This document shows, piece after piece, positions 22,207-30,899 of a stretch of DNA of 32,000 nucleotides. The stretch is from the NCBI RefSeq assembly GCF_900105015.1, contig NZ_FNLK01000010.1, positions 1 to 32,000 of the forward strand, written 5' to 3'. Position 1 is the stretch's first letter. Each line of letters begins with the position of its first letter. The notes under the pieces are model-generated. The model saw nothing but the letters and a program-made list of their open reading frames with translations, searched no databases and was not told the DNA's origin. The DNA is from Schaalia meyeri. Its GTDB lineage: Bacteria > Actinomycetota > Actinomycetes > Actinomycetales > Actinomycetaceae. A program made the position numbers and the translations under genes.

Positions 22207-24656
22207 GCCAGTCGTCGGACAAGTATTGGCGGCCCGCCACTCTGGACGAGTGCGCTGACTTTTGGAGGCTGCACCACTGGGTCAGGCAGCACCCGGGCCA
22301 GTGGACGCTGGAGCAGGTCTACGAACGCATGCTTGCGATCAACGAGGGGCCGCCCGTGGCCGCCGACCTGGCCACGAGTGCCAGGCTGTCCGGCGACTGG
22401 CTGCGCGGCATCGGCTTCCTGCGGCTGGCGGAGCGAAACGGCGACCTGACTCTCGACCACGACCAGGACTACCTGACGGCGCTGATCGGCCTCGAACCCG
22501 GGCTGCAGCTGCCCCTCATGCGCGCCGACGAGGAGCTGCGCGGTGAGCTTGTGTGGGGGATGCTGCGCCAGGAGGGCAACCGAGGGGTGTCGCTGTCCGC
22601 CTCAGACCGCTCCGCCACCACGGGCTCGGAGTGGGCGACCGGCTGGTCGCGCACGCTCGCGGCCTGCGTCGACGAGGGGCTCATCGACCGGGATCGCCTG
22701 CTCGACGCCCTGACGGAGATGCTGGCCGCGGACCTGCCCGCAGGCCGCGCCGGGTGGTATTCCCGGACCCTGCGTTTGCTGTCCCCGACCATCGACGAGG
22801 CCGACTCCCGTCAGGCGGTCCTGTGCGCGCTGCTCTCCTCGCCCATCGGTCCGACCGTGACCCTGGCGACAGGGCAGCTGGTTGCCCTGTCGCGTGCCGG
22901 GCGGCTCGACGTGGGGCTCTTCGCGCGTAGCTGCGAGGCAGCGCTCATGGGGTCGAAGGCGAACGCCCTGCGCGTGCTCGCGATCCTGCGTGACAACTTC
23001 GGGGCAGCGGAGCCCGCCTCCCTCGAACCCCTGCTCAGCGTGGCCCTGTCCTTTCCGCACGCGCAGGTGCAGCGGGCGGCGCTGGACCTGGCGCGCGACT
23101 GCGTGACCGGCGGCCTCCTCACGCGGGTGAGCGTCGCGGCTGTCGTGGACCAGGCCGACCTGGACCCGCTCGTCGCCCCCACCGCGCGGGACCTGCTGGC
23201 GGACACGGCGCTCGACCAGCCCGGCCCCGGCCTCGTCCTCAAGGAGGAGTCGGCTCAGGAGGGGCCTGCCGCCTTCCTGCCGCCCCGGGAGGTGGCGGCC
23301 CTGCAACCCATGAGCGCCGACGACGTGAGCGGGCGGGTCGGTGTCCTCGCCCAGCACGTGGAGCTGGGGCTCGAATACGAGCTGGCGCTCGCGTTCCTGA
23401 CCTCCCCCGAGTTCGACCCGTCCGCGGTGGAATCGCTGCGCCCGCTCGTGCGGCGCCTGACCACGCGCAGGTTCGGGCACGAGCGCATGCTCGGGGTGCT
23501 CCTGCAAATGGCCCTCGACGGGGGAGAAGAAGACGCGCAGAACCCGCTGGCCTCGGCCGAGCCCTGGCGAGCATCGGAGGCCATGCCCGCCCTCATGCGC
23601 GAGCGCATCACCGAGGTCGCGGGCCTGCTCGCGCGCGGGCAGCGCTACCGCCTCCTGGCCACGCCCACCGACGACCGGGGAGCCGTGGACCCGATTGTCC
23701 TCGTGCGCCGCGCCCTGGACAACGGGGATGCCCCGCCGCTGCCCGCCGACCTCACCCAGGCGCTGCTGCGCGTGGACACGGACCACCCCGACTGTGCCGC
23801 CGCGCTCGCGCTCCTCGACGAGCACGCGGATGACCTGCCCGCCGCGCGGCGGCTCCGGCTCGCGCTGTCGGGCGCGGTGCGCGCGAGGGCCGAGAGCTTC
23901 CTGTCCTCCCTGGCGATTAAGTGGGAGGGGCGCCCCGCCTACGACGCGCGCACCGGGGCGCCCCGGTGCGCGCGCGACGGCTCGCCGGTCTACGCCTTCT
24001 ACGTCCCGCGCGTCATCGGCGCGGATACGGGCGCGACGGGCCCCGAGCTGAGCGCGCTCGCGGACATCACGAGCGCCTCGGGAGACTTTTGGGCCCACCG
24101 CTACATCTACCCCGCGTCGGTGCGCCACTTCGCGGTGTGCCTGCTCGCCTCCCAGTGGTACGTGCTCGACACCACCCAGCTGATGTGGGACTGCTACCGG
24201 GCCCTGGCCGACCACGGCGGGCGGTGGGATGCCCTCAGCGCTCAGCTCCTCGCCCTGGCGATGGGCGAGCAGGCGGTCGAGGTGCGTGCGCTGGGCGTGG
24301 AAACCCTCGCTTCCCTGGTAGCGCGCGGGGACCTCGGCTTCGACGAGGCCGTGGAGGCCTTCGTGAGCGTCGCCCCGACCGTGAAACTGAACCGGTGGGC
24401 GCAGGCCTTCGCCGACCTGGGGGACCTCGATCCCCGGCTCGCACTGGACCTGGCGCTGGCGGTGGCACCCGTCCTCGAACCCGGTCGGACGGGCGTCGGC
24501 AAGGTCCTCGCCACCATGACCGCCCAGTACCAGAGGGCCGCAACGGAGGGCTGGGCGCCCCCACTCGACGAGGGGACCCTGGCGTGGCTCTCGCGTTTCA
24601 AGGGCTCGTCGCAGGCGGCGCGGTACGCGCGAGCATTGAAGGAGAAGAACACGTGA
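22203..24656 (+). CDS. large (817 aa) Ala/Leu/Arg-rich helical protein of unknown function, paralogous to the next gene
   Basis: GTG 22203 overlaps the SWIM stop (GTGA) and lies 4 nt after AAGGAGG. I saw no TM, signal peptide or Walker motif. It shares motifs with the downstream protein. The ORF-track start at 22113 lies inside the SWIM gene. Confidence 0.8.
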   Translation: MSQSSDKYWRPATLDECADFWRLHHWVRQHPGQWTLEQVYERMLAINEGPPVAADLATSARLSGDWLRGIGFLRLAERNGDLTLDHDQDYLTALIGLEPGLQLPLMRADEELRGELVWGMLRQEGNRGVSLSASDRSATTGSEWATGWSRTLAACVDEGLIDRDRLLDALTEMLAADLPAGRAGWYSRTLRLLSPTIDEADSRQAVLCALLSSPIGPTVTLATGQLVALSRAGRLDVGLFARSCEAALMGSKANALRVLAILRDNFGAAEPASLEPLLSVALSFPHAQVQRAALDLARDCVTGGLLTRVSVAAVVDQADLDPLVAPTARDLLADTALDQPGPGLVLKEESAQEGPAAFLPPREVAALQPMSADDVSGRVGVLAQHVELGLEYELALAFLTSPEFDPSAVESLRPLVRRLTTRRFGHERMLGVLLQMALDGGEEDAQNPLASAEPWRASEAMPALMRERITEVAGLLARGQRYRLLATPTDDRGAVDPIVLVRRALDNGDAPPLPADLTQALLRVDTDHPDCAAALALLDEHADDLPAARRLRLALSGAVRARAESFLSSLAIKWEGRPAYDARTGAPRCARDGSPVYAFYVPRVIGADTGATGPELSALADITSASGDFWAHRYIYPASVRHFAVCLLASQWYVLDTTQLMWDCYRALADHGGRWDALSAQLLALAMGEQAVEVRALGVETLASLVARGDLGFDEAVEAFVSVAPTVKLNRWAQAFADLGDLDPRLALDLALAVAPVLEPGRTGVGKVLATMTAQYQRAATEGWAPPLDEGTLAWLSRFKGSSQAARYARALKEKNT

Positions 24657-27259
24657 GCACGGACATGAGCCGCTCCGCCAGGCGCGCGGCCCTTAAACGC
24701 CTGGTCGCAGCCGGCGAGACCTCGATCGACGCCTACGAGGAGGTGATTCGCGGGGCCTTAGAGGCCGAGCGCCGCTCCCTGGCGAAGGCCGCCTCCTACG
24801 AGAACTTCTTCGGGCCGGGCGAGCAACTGCGGGACAGGGAGATCCCGGAGGAGGCAGTGCGCTGCTACTTCTTCCTGTGCGCCGCCCTGGCTGCGCCCGC
24901 CGCCCTCGAGATCAACGACAGCTACACCGCACGCTGGGCCGGGCGCGGCCCCGGGTCTCCGCGCGAGGGGCGGGAAGCCCAGGAGCTACTGTCCGCCTAC
25001 GCGCGCGGCGCCGCAGGGCGCTCCGACGAATGGCTCGAGGAGGTCGCCGGGCTCTCCGGGGGCCGCGGCTTCTGGCTCGTCCACCGTGCCCTGCTGGCCG
25101 AGCGGGGCAGGTACGCCACCACGGCCGCCTCCCTGGAGTTCTTCGTCCGCGACATCGTCCCCGCGCCCGTCCTCTCCAGCGAGGAAACGCGCCGATTCTT
25201 CGAGGGGGAGCCCACGTTCCTCGAGCACGAGTTCTGGCAATTGTTCCATGTCGAGGGCGCCCTGCCGGGGTCTCCCCTCATCGTGTGGGTCGCAGGCGAG
25301 GATCCCGCGAACCCGGGCGGGTCGGGAGCGCGCCTGAGCAGCCAGGACCTCATCCACTACATGGGCGTCCACTTCCCCCGCCTGCGCCCCCGGATCCTGC
25401 GCGAGTGCCTGGCTGCGCAGGCGCGCGACTTCTCCGCCTACTACGCGCGGGCCTTCTCGCTGGCCTGGGAGCTGTTGGAGCCGACGCGCGCCGAATGCCT
25501 CGCGCTGGCCCCTGAGCTGATTGCCCTGCTCGGCGCCGCGCCCTCGCCGACGGTGACTCTGGCGCAGAAGGCGCTCACGGGCCTCGTCGATGCCCTGACC
25601 GAGGAGCAGGCGGACGCCCTCGTGCGCGCGAGCGGCGCGGTGCTGACCCGCACGGAGAAGAAGCTGTTGCGCGCCCACCTGCGCTTGCTCGCCGCCCTGG
25701 TCAAGGCCCACCTCAGCTGCGCGGGCGCCGTCAGCGAGGTGGTCGCCGACGCCGACTTCCCCCTCGACCTGCGCGAGCGCGCCGCCGCGCTCGCCGTGGC
25801 CCCTGCGGGTTCCGACAGCGCGGACCAGGCCGGGGCAGCCCCCGGCGCGAGCGCTCAGGGAAGTGCGCTCGGGGAGGGCGCACAGGCCTCGTGGACGTTC
25901 CCCGACGCGCCAGCCACCGACCTTGCGCGCATCGAGCGCAACACCGAGGTGCCCGCAGACAACGACGCAGCCGTCGCGGCGCTGCACGCCCTCTACCAGG
26001 ATCCCGACGCCGGCGCGGCCCTGCCCGCGATCATGACGCGCCTGGACGGGCAGGGCCTGGAACTCGCCGAGGCGGACAAGGCGCTCCTGCTCAGGTACTG
26101 GCGTTCCGCGCGGAGCTGGTCGGGGTCCGACCAGCTCGCATACATCGCCTCCCGCCTGCTGCGCGGGGAAGTGACCGACGCCCCCGACACCCCACGCTTC
26201 CGGGGCTACCACCGCAAGGGAAACGAGTACGAGAACCACCGCGGACCCGTCCAGCTCCTGCACGAGCAGCTGCGACGCGTCTTCCGCGACAAGCCCTACG
26301 ACAAGCCTCCCGGCCAGGACATGTACCGCTTCGACCCGGTCCTGACCGCGCCCCTGGAGCCGATGCGCCCCCGGTGGGAGCGTCAGGTGATCCGCGTGCG
26401 CGACAACCGCCCGTTCGCGGTCGTGCCGGGAGACTACGACAAGACGGACAACCTGCACGAGACCTGGGTGGTCGCGGGCCAAGAACCGCCGACCGGGACG
26501 GACTCCCTGGCAGACGCCCTCGCCAACGTCGCCAGCGTCCCGCCCGAGTTCCCCGGGCGCCTCATGGAGGCGGGGGACTACCGATCCACCAGCATCGTCT
26601 ACGCGTGGGCGGCGTGGGCGCTGCAGCACAACCCCGACGTGCTGGCCGCCCACTCCATGCCGGTCCTGCAGGGCGCGTACCACAAGTTTCCGCAGGTCAT
26701 CACCGCGTTCGACGTGATCGTGCGAGCCCTGGCCGACGGCTGGAGGGCACCCGGGCCGCCCACGTACTCGGCCCTGGCGTGGGCGTCCGTCGCCGCCCAG
26801 GCGTCCTACCGGGCGAGCGCCGCCGAAGCCCTGGCGCGCCTCATCGACTCGGGGCGCTTCGACGCGGACGCGATGGCCGACCAGCTCGGATACCTGGTCT
26901 CCCGGGGATGGTTCGGCCCCTCGCGCCTGACCCAGACGCTCACCGACTGCGCGAGCATCTCCGCCCTGTCCGGGTATCGGGTCGCGCAGGTGATCGCCGC
27001 GCTGCTGCCTTCCCTGGCGGGGGTGCGGGGCGCGAACGGCATGGTCGAGGCCCTGGTCGCCCTCGCGGGGGACTATGGCATGGGGGTGGGCGTTCCCGAC
27101 GCGCTGCGGCCGAGGATGAAGGGGGCCAGTGCCCTGGCCAAGGCCCTGCGCGCCCTGGATGCCCTGCCGCACTCACCCACGCGCCTCGCTCGCGAGGCCG
27201 CGGAAGCCCTCAGTGCTTTTCCGTCCTCTCCAGCCGGTGGAGGCGGCCCCACCACTTAG
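24653..27259 (+). CDS. large (868 aa) helical protein of unknown function, paralogous to the preceding gene
   Basis: GTG 24653 overlaps the upstream stop (GTGA) and lies 8 nt after GAAGGAG; ATG 24665 is an alternative start. The N-terminal 244 codons of ORF 23921-27259 overlap the previous gene out of frame and are Arg/Gly/Pro junk. Confidence 0.8.
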   Translation: MSTDMSRSARRAALKRLVAAGETSIDAYEEVIRGALEAERRSLAKAASYENFFGPGEQLRDREIPEEAVRCYFFLCAALAAPAALEINDSYTARWAGRGPGSPREGREAQELLSAYARGAAGRSDEWLEEVAGLSGGRGFWLVHRALLAERGRYATTAASLEFFVRDIVPAPVLSSEETRRFFEGEPTFLEHEFWQLFHVEGALPGSPLIVWVAGEDPANPGGSGARLSSQDLIHYMGVHFPRLRPRILRECLAAQARDFSAYYARAFSLAWELLEPTRAECLALAPELIALLGAAPSPTVTLAQKALTGLVDALTEEQADALVRASGAVLTRTEKKLLRAHLRLLAALVKAHLSCAGAVSEVVADADFPLDLRERAAALAVAPAGSDSADQAGAAPGASAQGSALGEGAQASWTFPDAPATDLARIERNTEVPADNDAAVAALHALYQDPDAGAALPAIMTRLDGQGLELAEADKALLLRYWRSARSWSGSDQLAYIASRLLRGEVTDAPDTPRFRGYHRKGNEYENHRGPVQLLHEQLRRVFRDKPYDKPPGQDMYRFDPVLTAPLEPMRPRWERQVIRVRDNRPFAVVPGDYDKTDNLHETWVVAGQEPPTGTDSLADALANVASVPPEFPGRLMEAGDYRSTSIVYAWAAWALQHNPDVLAAHSMPVLQGAYHKFPQVITAFDVIVRALADGWRAPGPPTYSALAWASVAAQASYRASAAEALARLIDSGRFDADAMADQLGYLVSRGWFGPSRLTQTLTDCASISALSGYRVAQVIAALLPSLAGVRGANGMVEALVALAGDYGMGVGVPDALRPRMKGASALAKALRALDALPHSPTRLAREAAEALSAFPSSPAGGGGPTT

Positions 27260-28928
27260 CGATCAGCCACTCGTCATGAGTGGAGACAAGCAGGGTGCCT
27301 GTCCACTGCCGCAGGGACTCCTCGAGGGACTCCACGGCGTCCAGGTCCAGATAGTTGGTGGGCTCGTCGATCACGAGTACACGGGGGTCGGCGCGCGCCG
27401 CCCACCCCAGCTGTGCCCTGCGTTGGTTCCCCGCGGAGAGCCCACTGAGTGGCCGGTTCCACAGCGACGGGGGCACGAATCCCCTCCCGGCCTCCCCGAC
27501 GCCCAGGCGCCACGCCTCGCCGGGGACCAAGGGGTCGCCGGGGCGGGGGAGCTCCTGGGACACGAGGACGACCCCGGGGGAGGCGTCGATGCTTCCGTGC
27601 GCCCCGCTGCTGGGGGCTCCGCGCGCAATCCACTCCAGCAGGGTGGTCTTGCCCGACCCGTTGGGGCCCGTGACCAGGAGGTGCTCGCCGTAGCGCATTT
27701 CGAAGGAGGTCGGAGCCAGGCGTTCCTCCACCGACGCGCCGCGAACGGATAGTGCGATGCCCGCGGGACGCGGGCGCGGCGGTGCGCCAAGGGCGGTGGA
27801 CCCCGCCGGGCGGGGGAAGGAGAAGGCCGCCTCGTCGTAACGGGGCTTGGGGACTTCGCGGGCCGCCAGGGTGGCCAGCCTCCGGGAGTCGTCGTTGATG
27901 CGCCGCGTCGAGGTGGCCTGGGCGCGGTCGGCGTAGTACTTCTGCGCTATCCTCGTCTCCGTGCGGGGTTTGAAGTGCGCGTGCCCGACCACCGCCGAGT
28001 CCCGCCGGTGGGCCGCGAGTCGGCGTTTCTCGGCCTGCTGCTCCGCGTGGATCGCGCCGTGCCGTGAGCGTGCGGCGGCCTTGTCCCGCAGGTAGTCCGA
28101 GTAAGATCCGCCCACCCTGTACGCCCCGAAGCCCGCGGGCTCCCCCTCAGAGATCGCCACCGCCCGCCACGGCGCCGGATCCAGGTCGAGCAGCGTCGTT
28201 GCCGTGCGCTCGATGAAGGTCCGGTCGTGACTAGTCATGAGGACCGGCCCCTGCCAGCCGTCAATGGCGCGCGCCAGGTGCTCGCGTCCGTTAGCGTCCA
28301 GGTGGTTCGTCGGCTCGTCCAGGATGAGGGCGTCCGGGCGCTCGACGAGGGTGAGGGCCAGGCGCAGGCGAGCGCGCTGCCCCGGAGAGAGGGAGGCGAG
28401 GGGGCGGGAGCGGTCGACGCCGCCCAGGCCGAGGCCGTCCATGGTCTGCTCGAGGCGCGTATCGATGGTCCACGCGTCCAGTGCGGTCATCGCCGCCAGG
28501 ACGCGGTCGTACTCCGCCTCGTCGCGCGGGGAGGCGCCCCGGGCGAGGCGCTCGGTGAGGGAGTCGAAGCGCGCCGCCAGCCCTCGGGTGAGGGAAGTCG
28601 CGTCATCGATGAACTGTGCGACCGTGTGGCCACCGTGTTTCTCTGTGAGCGGAGGGACAGGAGCGGGAAGCAGGCCTGGTGTCGACTGCTGTTCAGCCGA
28701 CCGGGGCACCGGGGGGACCAGCGGGGTCGGGGAGAGCGGCGGGCCGGTGATCGTTCCGGAGTCTGGTTGGAGCCGGCCGGCTGCGAGGGCGAGCAGCGTT
28801 GACTTGCCGATCCCGTTCGGGCCGACGACGACGAGGCGGTCGACGGGCCCGCACGTGAAGGAGACGTTGTCGAGGACGGGCAGCGTGCCGTAGGAAAAAG
28901 AGACGTGGGAGAAGACAATCGTGGACAT
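27210..28928 (-). CDS. ABC-F family ATPase (two ABC domains, no TM domain)
   Basis: NBD1 has GPNGIGKST, LSPGQRARL and LILDEPTNHLD. NBD2 has GPNGSGKTT, LSAGNQRRAQL and VLVIDEPTNYLD. Start ATG 28928 is taken because the ABC fold begins there (MSTIVFSHVSFSYG). The alternative is in-frame TTG 29141 behind a strong AAGGAG. Confidence 0.85.
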   Translation of the reverse strand: MSTIVFSHVSFSYGTLPVLDNVSFTCGPVDRLVVVGPNGIGKSTLLALAAGRLQPDSGTITGPPLSPTPLVPPVPRSAEQQSTPGLLPAPVPPLTEKHGGHTVAQFIDDATSLTRGLAARFDSLTERLARGASPRDEAEYDRVLAAMTALDAWTIDTRLEQTMDGLGLGGVDRSRPLASLSPGQRARLRLALTLVERPDALILDEPTNHLDANGREHLARAIDGWQGPVLMTSHDRTFIERTATTLLDLDPAPWRAVAISEGEPAGFGAYRVGGSYSDYLRDKAAARSRHGAIHAEQQAEKRRLAAHRRDSAVVGHAHFKPRTETRIAQKYYADRAQATSTRRINDDSRRLATLAAREVPKPRYDEAAFSFPRPAGSTALGAPPRPRPAGIALSVRGASVEERLAPTSFEMRYGEHLLVTGPNGSGKTTLLEWIARGAPSSGAHGSIDASPGVVLVSQELPRPGDPLVPGEAWRLGVGEAGRGFVPPSLWNRPLSGLSAGNQRRAQLGWAARADPRVLVIDEPTNYLDLDAVESLEESLRQWTGTLLVSTHDEWLIAKWWGRLHRLERTEKH

Positions 28929-29081
28929 GGCGCACCTGGGGGAGGAGGGATGAGGTCGGGGCGTCGTGTCAGGAGTCCATGGGCCGATTATACCGGGAAC
29001 GGGTTGTCGGAAGGGCGGAATCCGCCGGGGGTTGAGAGCCATCGCCTCCCAGGGAGTCGCCGGCGGCGTCCGCACTGGGAA

Positions 29082-29115
29082 GGGCGGGGAGGAGGCGATG
29101 GCCTCCTCCCCGCCC
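29082..29115 (-). promoter_or_regulatory. very stable hairpin in the ABC-F leader (attenuator/terminator-like)
   Basis: A perfect 15-bp stem GGGCGGGGAGGAGGC / GCCTCCTCCCCGCCC with a 4-nt loop. Only TT follows on the minus strand. The 12-nt apex GGAGGCGATGGC (29091-29102) is also perfectly complementary to 29038-29049. Confidence 0.5.
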
Positions 29116-29351
29116 CGTGAACATGAGTGGACTGCTTCCAAATGACTCCTTCGTCTGGGTCGGGCGGGTATTCCGCGGTGTCAATTCGTTGCCGGTGCTT
29201 TCAATTGACTCCTTACGTGTGCCTGGTGCGGTGTTTCCCGCTTCCTTCCATCTGACGGTACTTACTGTAGGTAGCCAACCTTGGGGAATGGACTAAAGCA
29301 GCCTGGAGAATCCTGGGATTTTAGGGCTCGGGCGCGCGTGACACGCGAAAT

Positions 29352-29385
29352 CCCCCGCAGACGCCCAAGCCGGGGCCTGCGGGGG
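29352..29385 (-). terminator. candidate terminator after the small membrane protein gene
   Basis: On the minus strand: CCCCCGCAG (29385-29377), a 16-nt loop, CTGCGGGGG (29360-29352), then ATTTCGC. The U-tract is weak. Confidence 0.5.
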
Positions 29386-29411
29386 AGGAAACCAGTAAGC
29401 GCAGATGGAGC

Positions 29412-29681
29412 CTAGGCCAGCAGCGGGAAAGCCGCCGCGGCGGGGGCGGCCAGCGCAACCCCGCCCAGCAGCGTGTCCTTCAGCATGAAGAACGCGAGGG
29501 CACCGAAGAACACCAGGACCACGAGAATAACCATAAAGATGAGGTTGGTGCGCTGACGCTTGTACTCTTCCGGGGTCAGCTCTGACTTCTTGCGGATCAG
29601 CGGTACTTCGCCGTGGACCGAGCCCGTGTTGCCCCCGGGCTTGGGAACCTGGTGCTCAATGGGCGTGTGTTGGTCAGACAT
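29412..29681 (-). CDS. small (89 aa) single-pass membrane protein, unknown function
   Basis: ATG 29681 lies 4 nt after AAGGAGG. The sequence is MSDQHTPIEHQVPKPGGNTGSVHGEVPLIRKKSELTPEEYKRQRTNLIFMVILVVLVFFGALAFFML..., with one clear TM helix. It starts 25 nt downstream of DUF1266 paralog 1. Confidence 0.7.
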   Translation of the reverse strand: MSDQHTPIEHQVPKPGGNTGSVHGEVPLIRKKSELTPEEYKRQRTNLIFMVILVVLVFFGALAFFMLKDTLLGGVALAAPAAAAFPLLA

Positions 29682-29706
29682 GGTGCCTCCTTGGGGCTGT
29701 CGTGTA

Positions 29707-30732
29707 TCAGTTGACGATCGGCTTGCCGCCGACGGACATGGGGGCGCGGGAGCGCGCCTGGGTGTCGAGTTCCTTCTCCCACGCCGAGGCGTCCTCCCAG
29801 TTGACGGACGACAGGAGGCGCAGGGCGCCGCGGTCCGCGAGCGCGTCCAGCAGCAGGAAGCGGGGGGCCGGGTAGGGGGCGTCCCACGGGATGGCCGTCC
29901 ACAGGCCGCGCGCACCCAGGAGGAATTCGCCGCGGTTGCGGTCGTGCAGGTCGTCGGTGGCGCCCTGTGCTTCCCCCTCGGCAGCCCACAGCCACCGGGT
30001 GGTGCGAAATGCTTCCCAGGCCTCCTCCCACGAGGAGTAGCAGGATTGCAGCGCCCGGTTGATGAGAGCGAGGGTGTCAAAGGCCTCGTCCTCGCTCAGC
30101 CACCCCACGCCGGCGCCGGCGCGCGTCAGCATGGCCGCGCGAATGAAGTCCCACGCGGCGAAATCCAGGTCCTGGATGCCGCGGTCGTTCGCCTGGAAAC
30201 GCTGGATCCGCCAGAGACGCTCCCAGTCGTCCGTCGACACGTCGGCGGTCTTGCGCAGGCGAGAGAGCTCGGCCTCGGTCCACCTCTGGCTGGCGCAGCG
30301 CCCGCGCAGGAACGAGAAGTCCTCGCGATGGCCGTCGCGCAGCAGCGAGTAGAGCTGCGTGATCATCTCGTCGCGATCGGTGATGTGCCAGTCGCGCTTG
30401 AGCATTCCCCTCACCTCGGCAGGATTCGACACCTTCAGGGCGTTGACGGGATCGCCGTTGCACAGCGCGTAGGGCATCGACGGGGCCAGCAGGCGCGCAT
30501 GGGGATCGGTCGCCATCGAGGCGCGTGAGCCCCGAAGGAGCGGCTGATGGTGCTCGTTGAGCTTGTTCCACTCGCCTTCCTTCCCGGCCTTGCGCACGTC
30601 TCGGGGCGCGGGCATTGCCCCCTTTGAACGCCCGATCGCCAGCTTGATCTTGTTCCATGCCAACGCCGCCAACAGGAAGCCGATCGCAAGCCACACGGGG
30701 AAGGGAATCTGAGAGAGGATGTTCGCAATCAC
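29707..30732 (-). CDS. DUF1266 domain protein with an N-terminal TM anchor, paralog 1
   Basis: GTG 30732 gives MIANILSQIPFPVWLAIGFLLAALAW (TM helix), then DFAAWDFIRAAMLTRAGAGVGWLSEDEAFDTLALINRALQSCYSSWEEAWEAF, typical of DUF1266. The rest of ORF 29707-31401 overlaps paralog 2 out of frame. Confidence 0.8.
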   Translation of the reverse strand: MIANILSQIPFPVWLAIGFLLAALAWNKIKLAIGRSKGAMPAPRDVRKAGKEGEWNKLNEHHQPLLRGSRASMATDPHARLLAPSMPYALCNGDPVNALKVSNPAEVRGMLKRDWHITDRDEMITQLYSLLRDGHREDFSFLRGRCASQRWTEAELSRLRKTADVSTDDWERLWRIQRFQANDRGIQDLDFAAWDFIRAAMLTRAGAGVGWLSEDEAFDTLALINRALQSCYSSWEEAWEAFRTTRWLWAAEGEAQGATDDLHDRNRGEFLLGARGLWTAIPWDAPYPAPRFLLLDALADRGALRLLSSVNWEDASAWEKELDTQARSRAPMSVGGKPIVN

Positions 30733-30739
30733 GATGACG

Positions 30740-30769
30740 ATTGTGCCCGATGGGCAGCACGTTACACAA
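30740..30769 (-). promoter_or_regulatory. candidate promoter giving a leaderless DUF1266 paralog 1 mRNA
   Basis: On the minus strand: TTGTGT (30769-30764), an 18-nt spacer, CACAAT (30745-30740), then 7 nt to GTG 30732. The same architecture is found upstream of paralog 2. Confidence 0.4.
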
Positions 30770-30899
30770 GCCAGAGGGAGGGAAAGGGCGGGTGCGAGAC
30801 CGGGCGCGCAAGTCGCCGCCCTCACCGTCGGCCTTGACGGCACTCTCGCGGGCGAGGCCGGGGCGCCCTCGGGCATCCGGCCGCCGGGTACCGGACCCG

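Noticed and set aside
23921-24652. The upstream 244 codons of ORF 23921-27259, which would give a 1112-aa protein.
   Set aside because: They overlap the preceding gene out of frame, the translation is Arg/Gly/Pro-rich nonsense, and GTG 24653 has an SD and the same GTGA coupling seen at the previous junction.
28987-28992. A perfect TATAAT hexamer 59 nt upstream of the ABC-F ATG, as the sole promoter of the gene.
   Set aside because: There is no acceptable -35 or TGn extension, and it lies inside the in-frame extension from TTG 29141. It is mentioned inside the leader finding rather than called as a feature.
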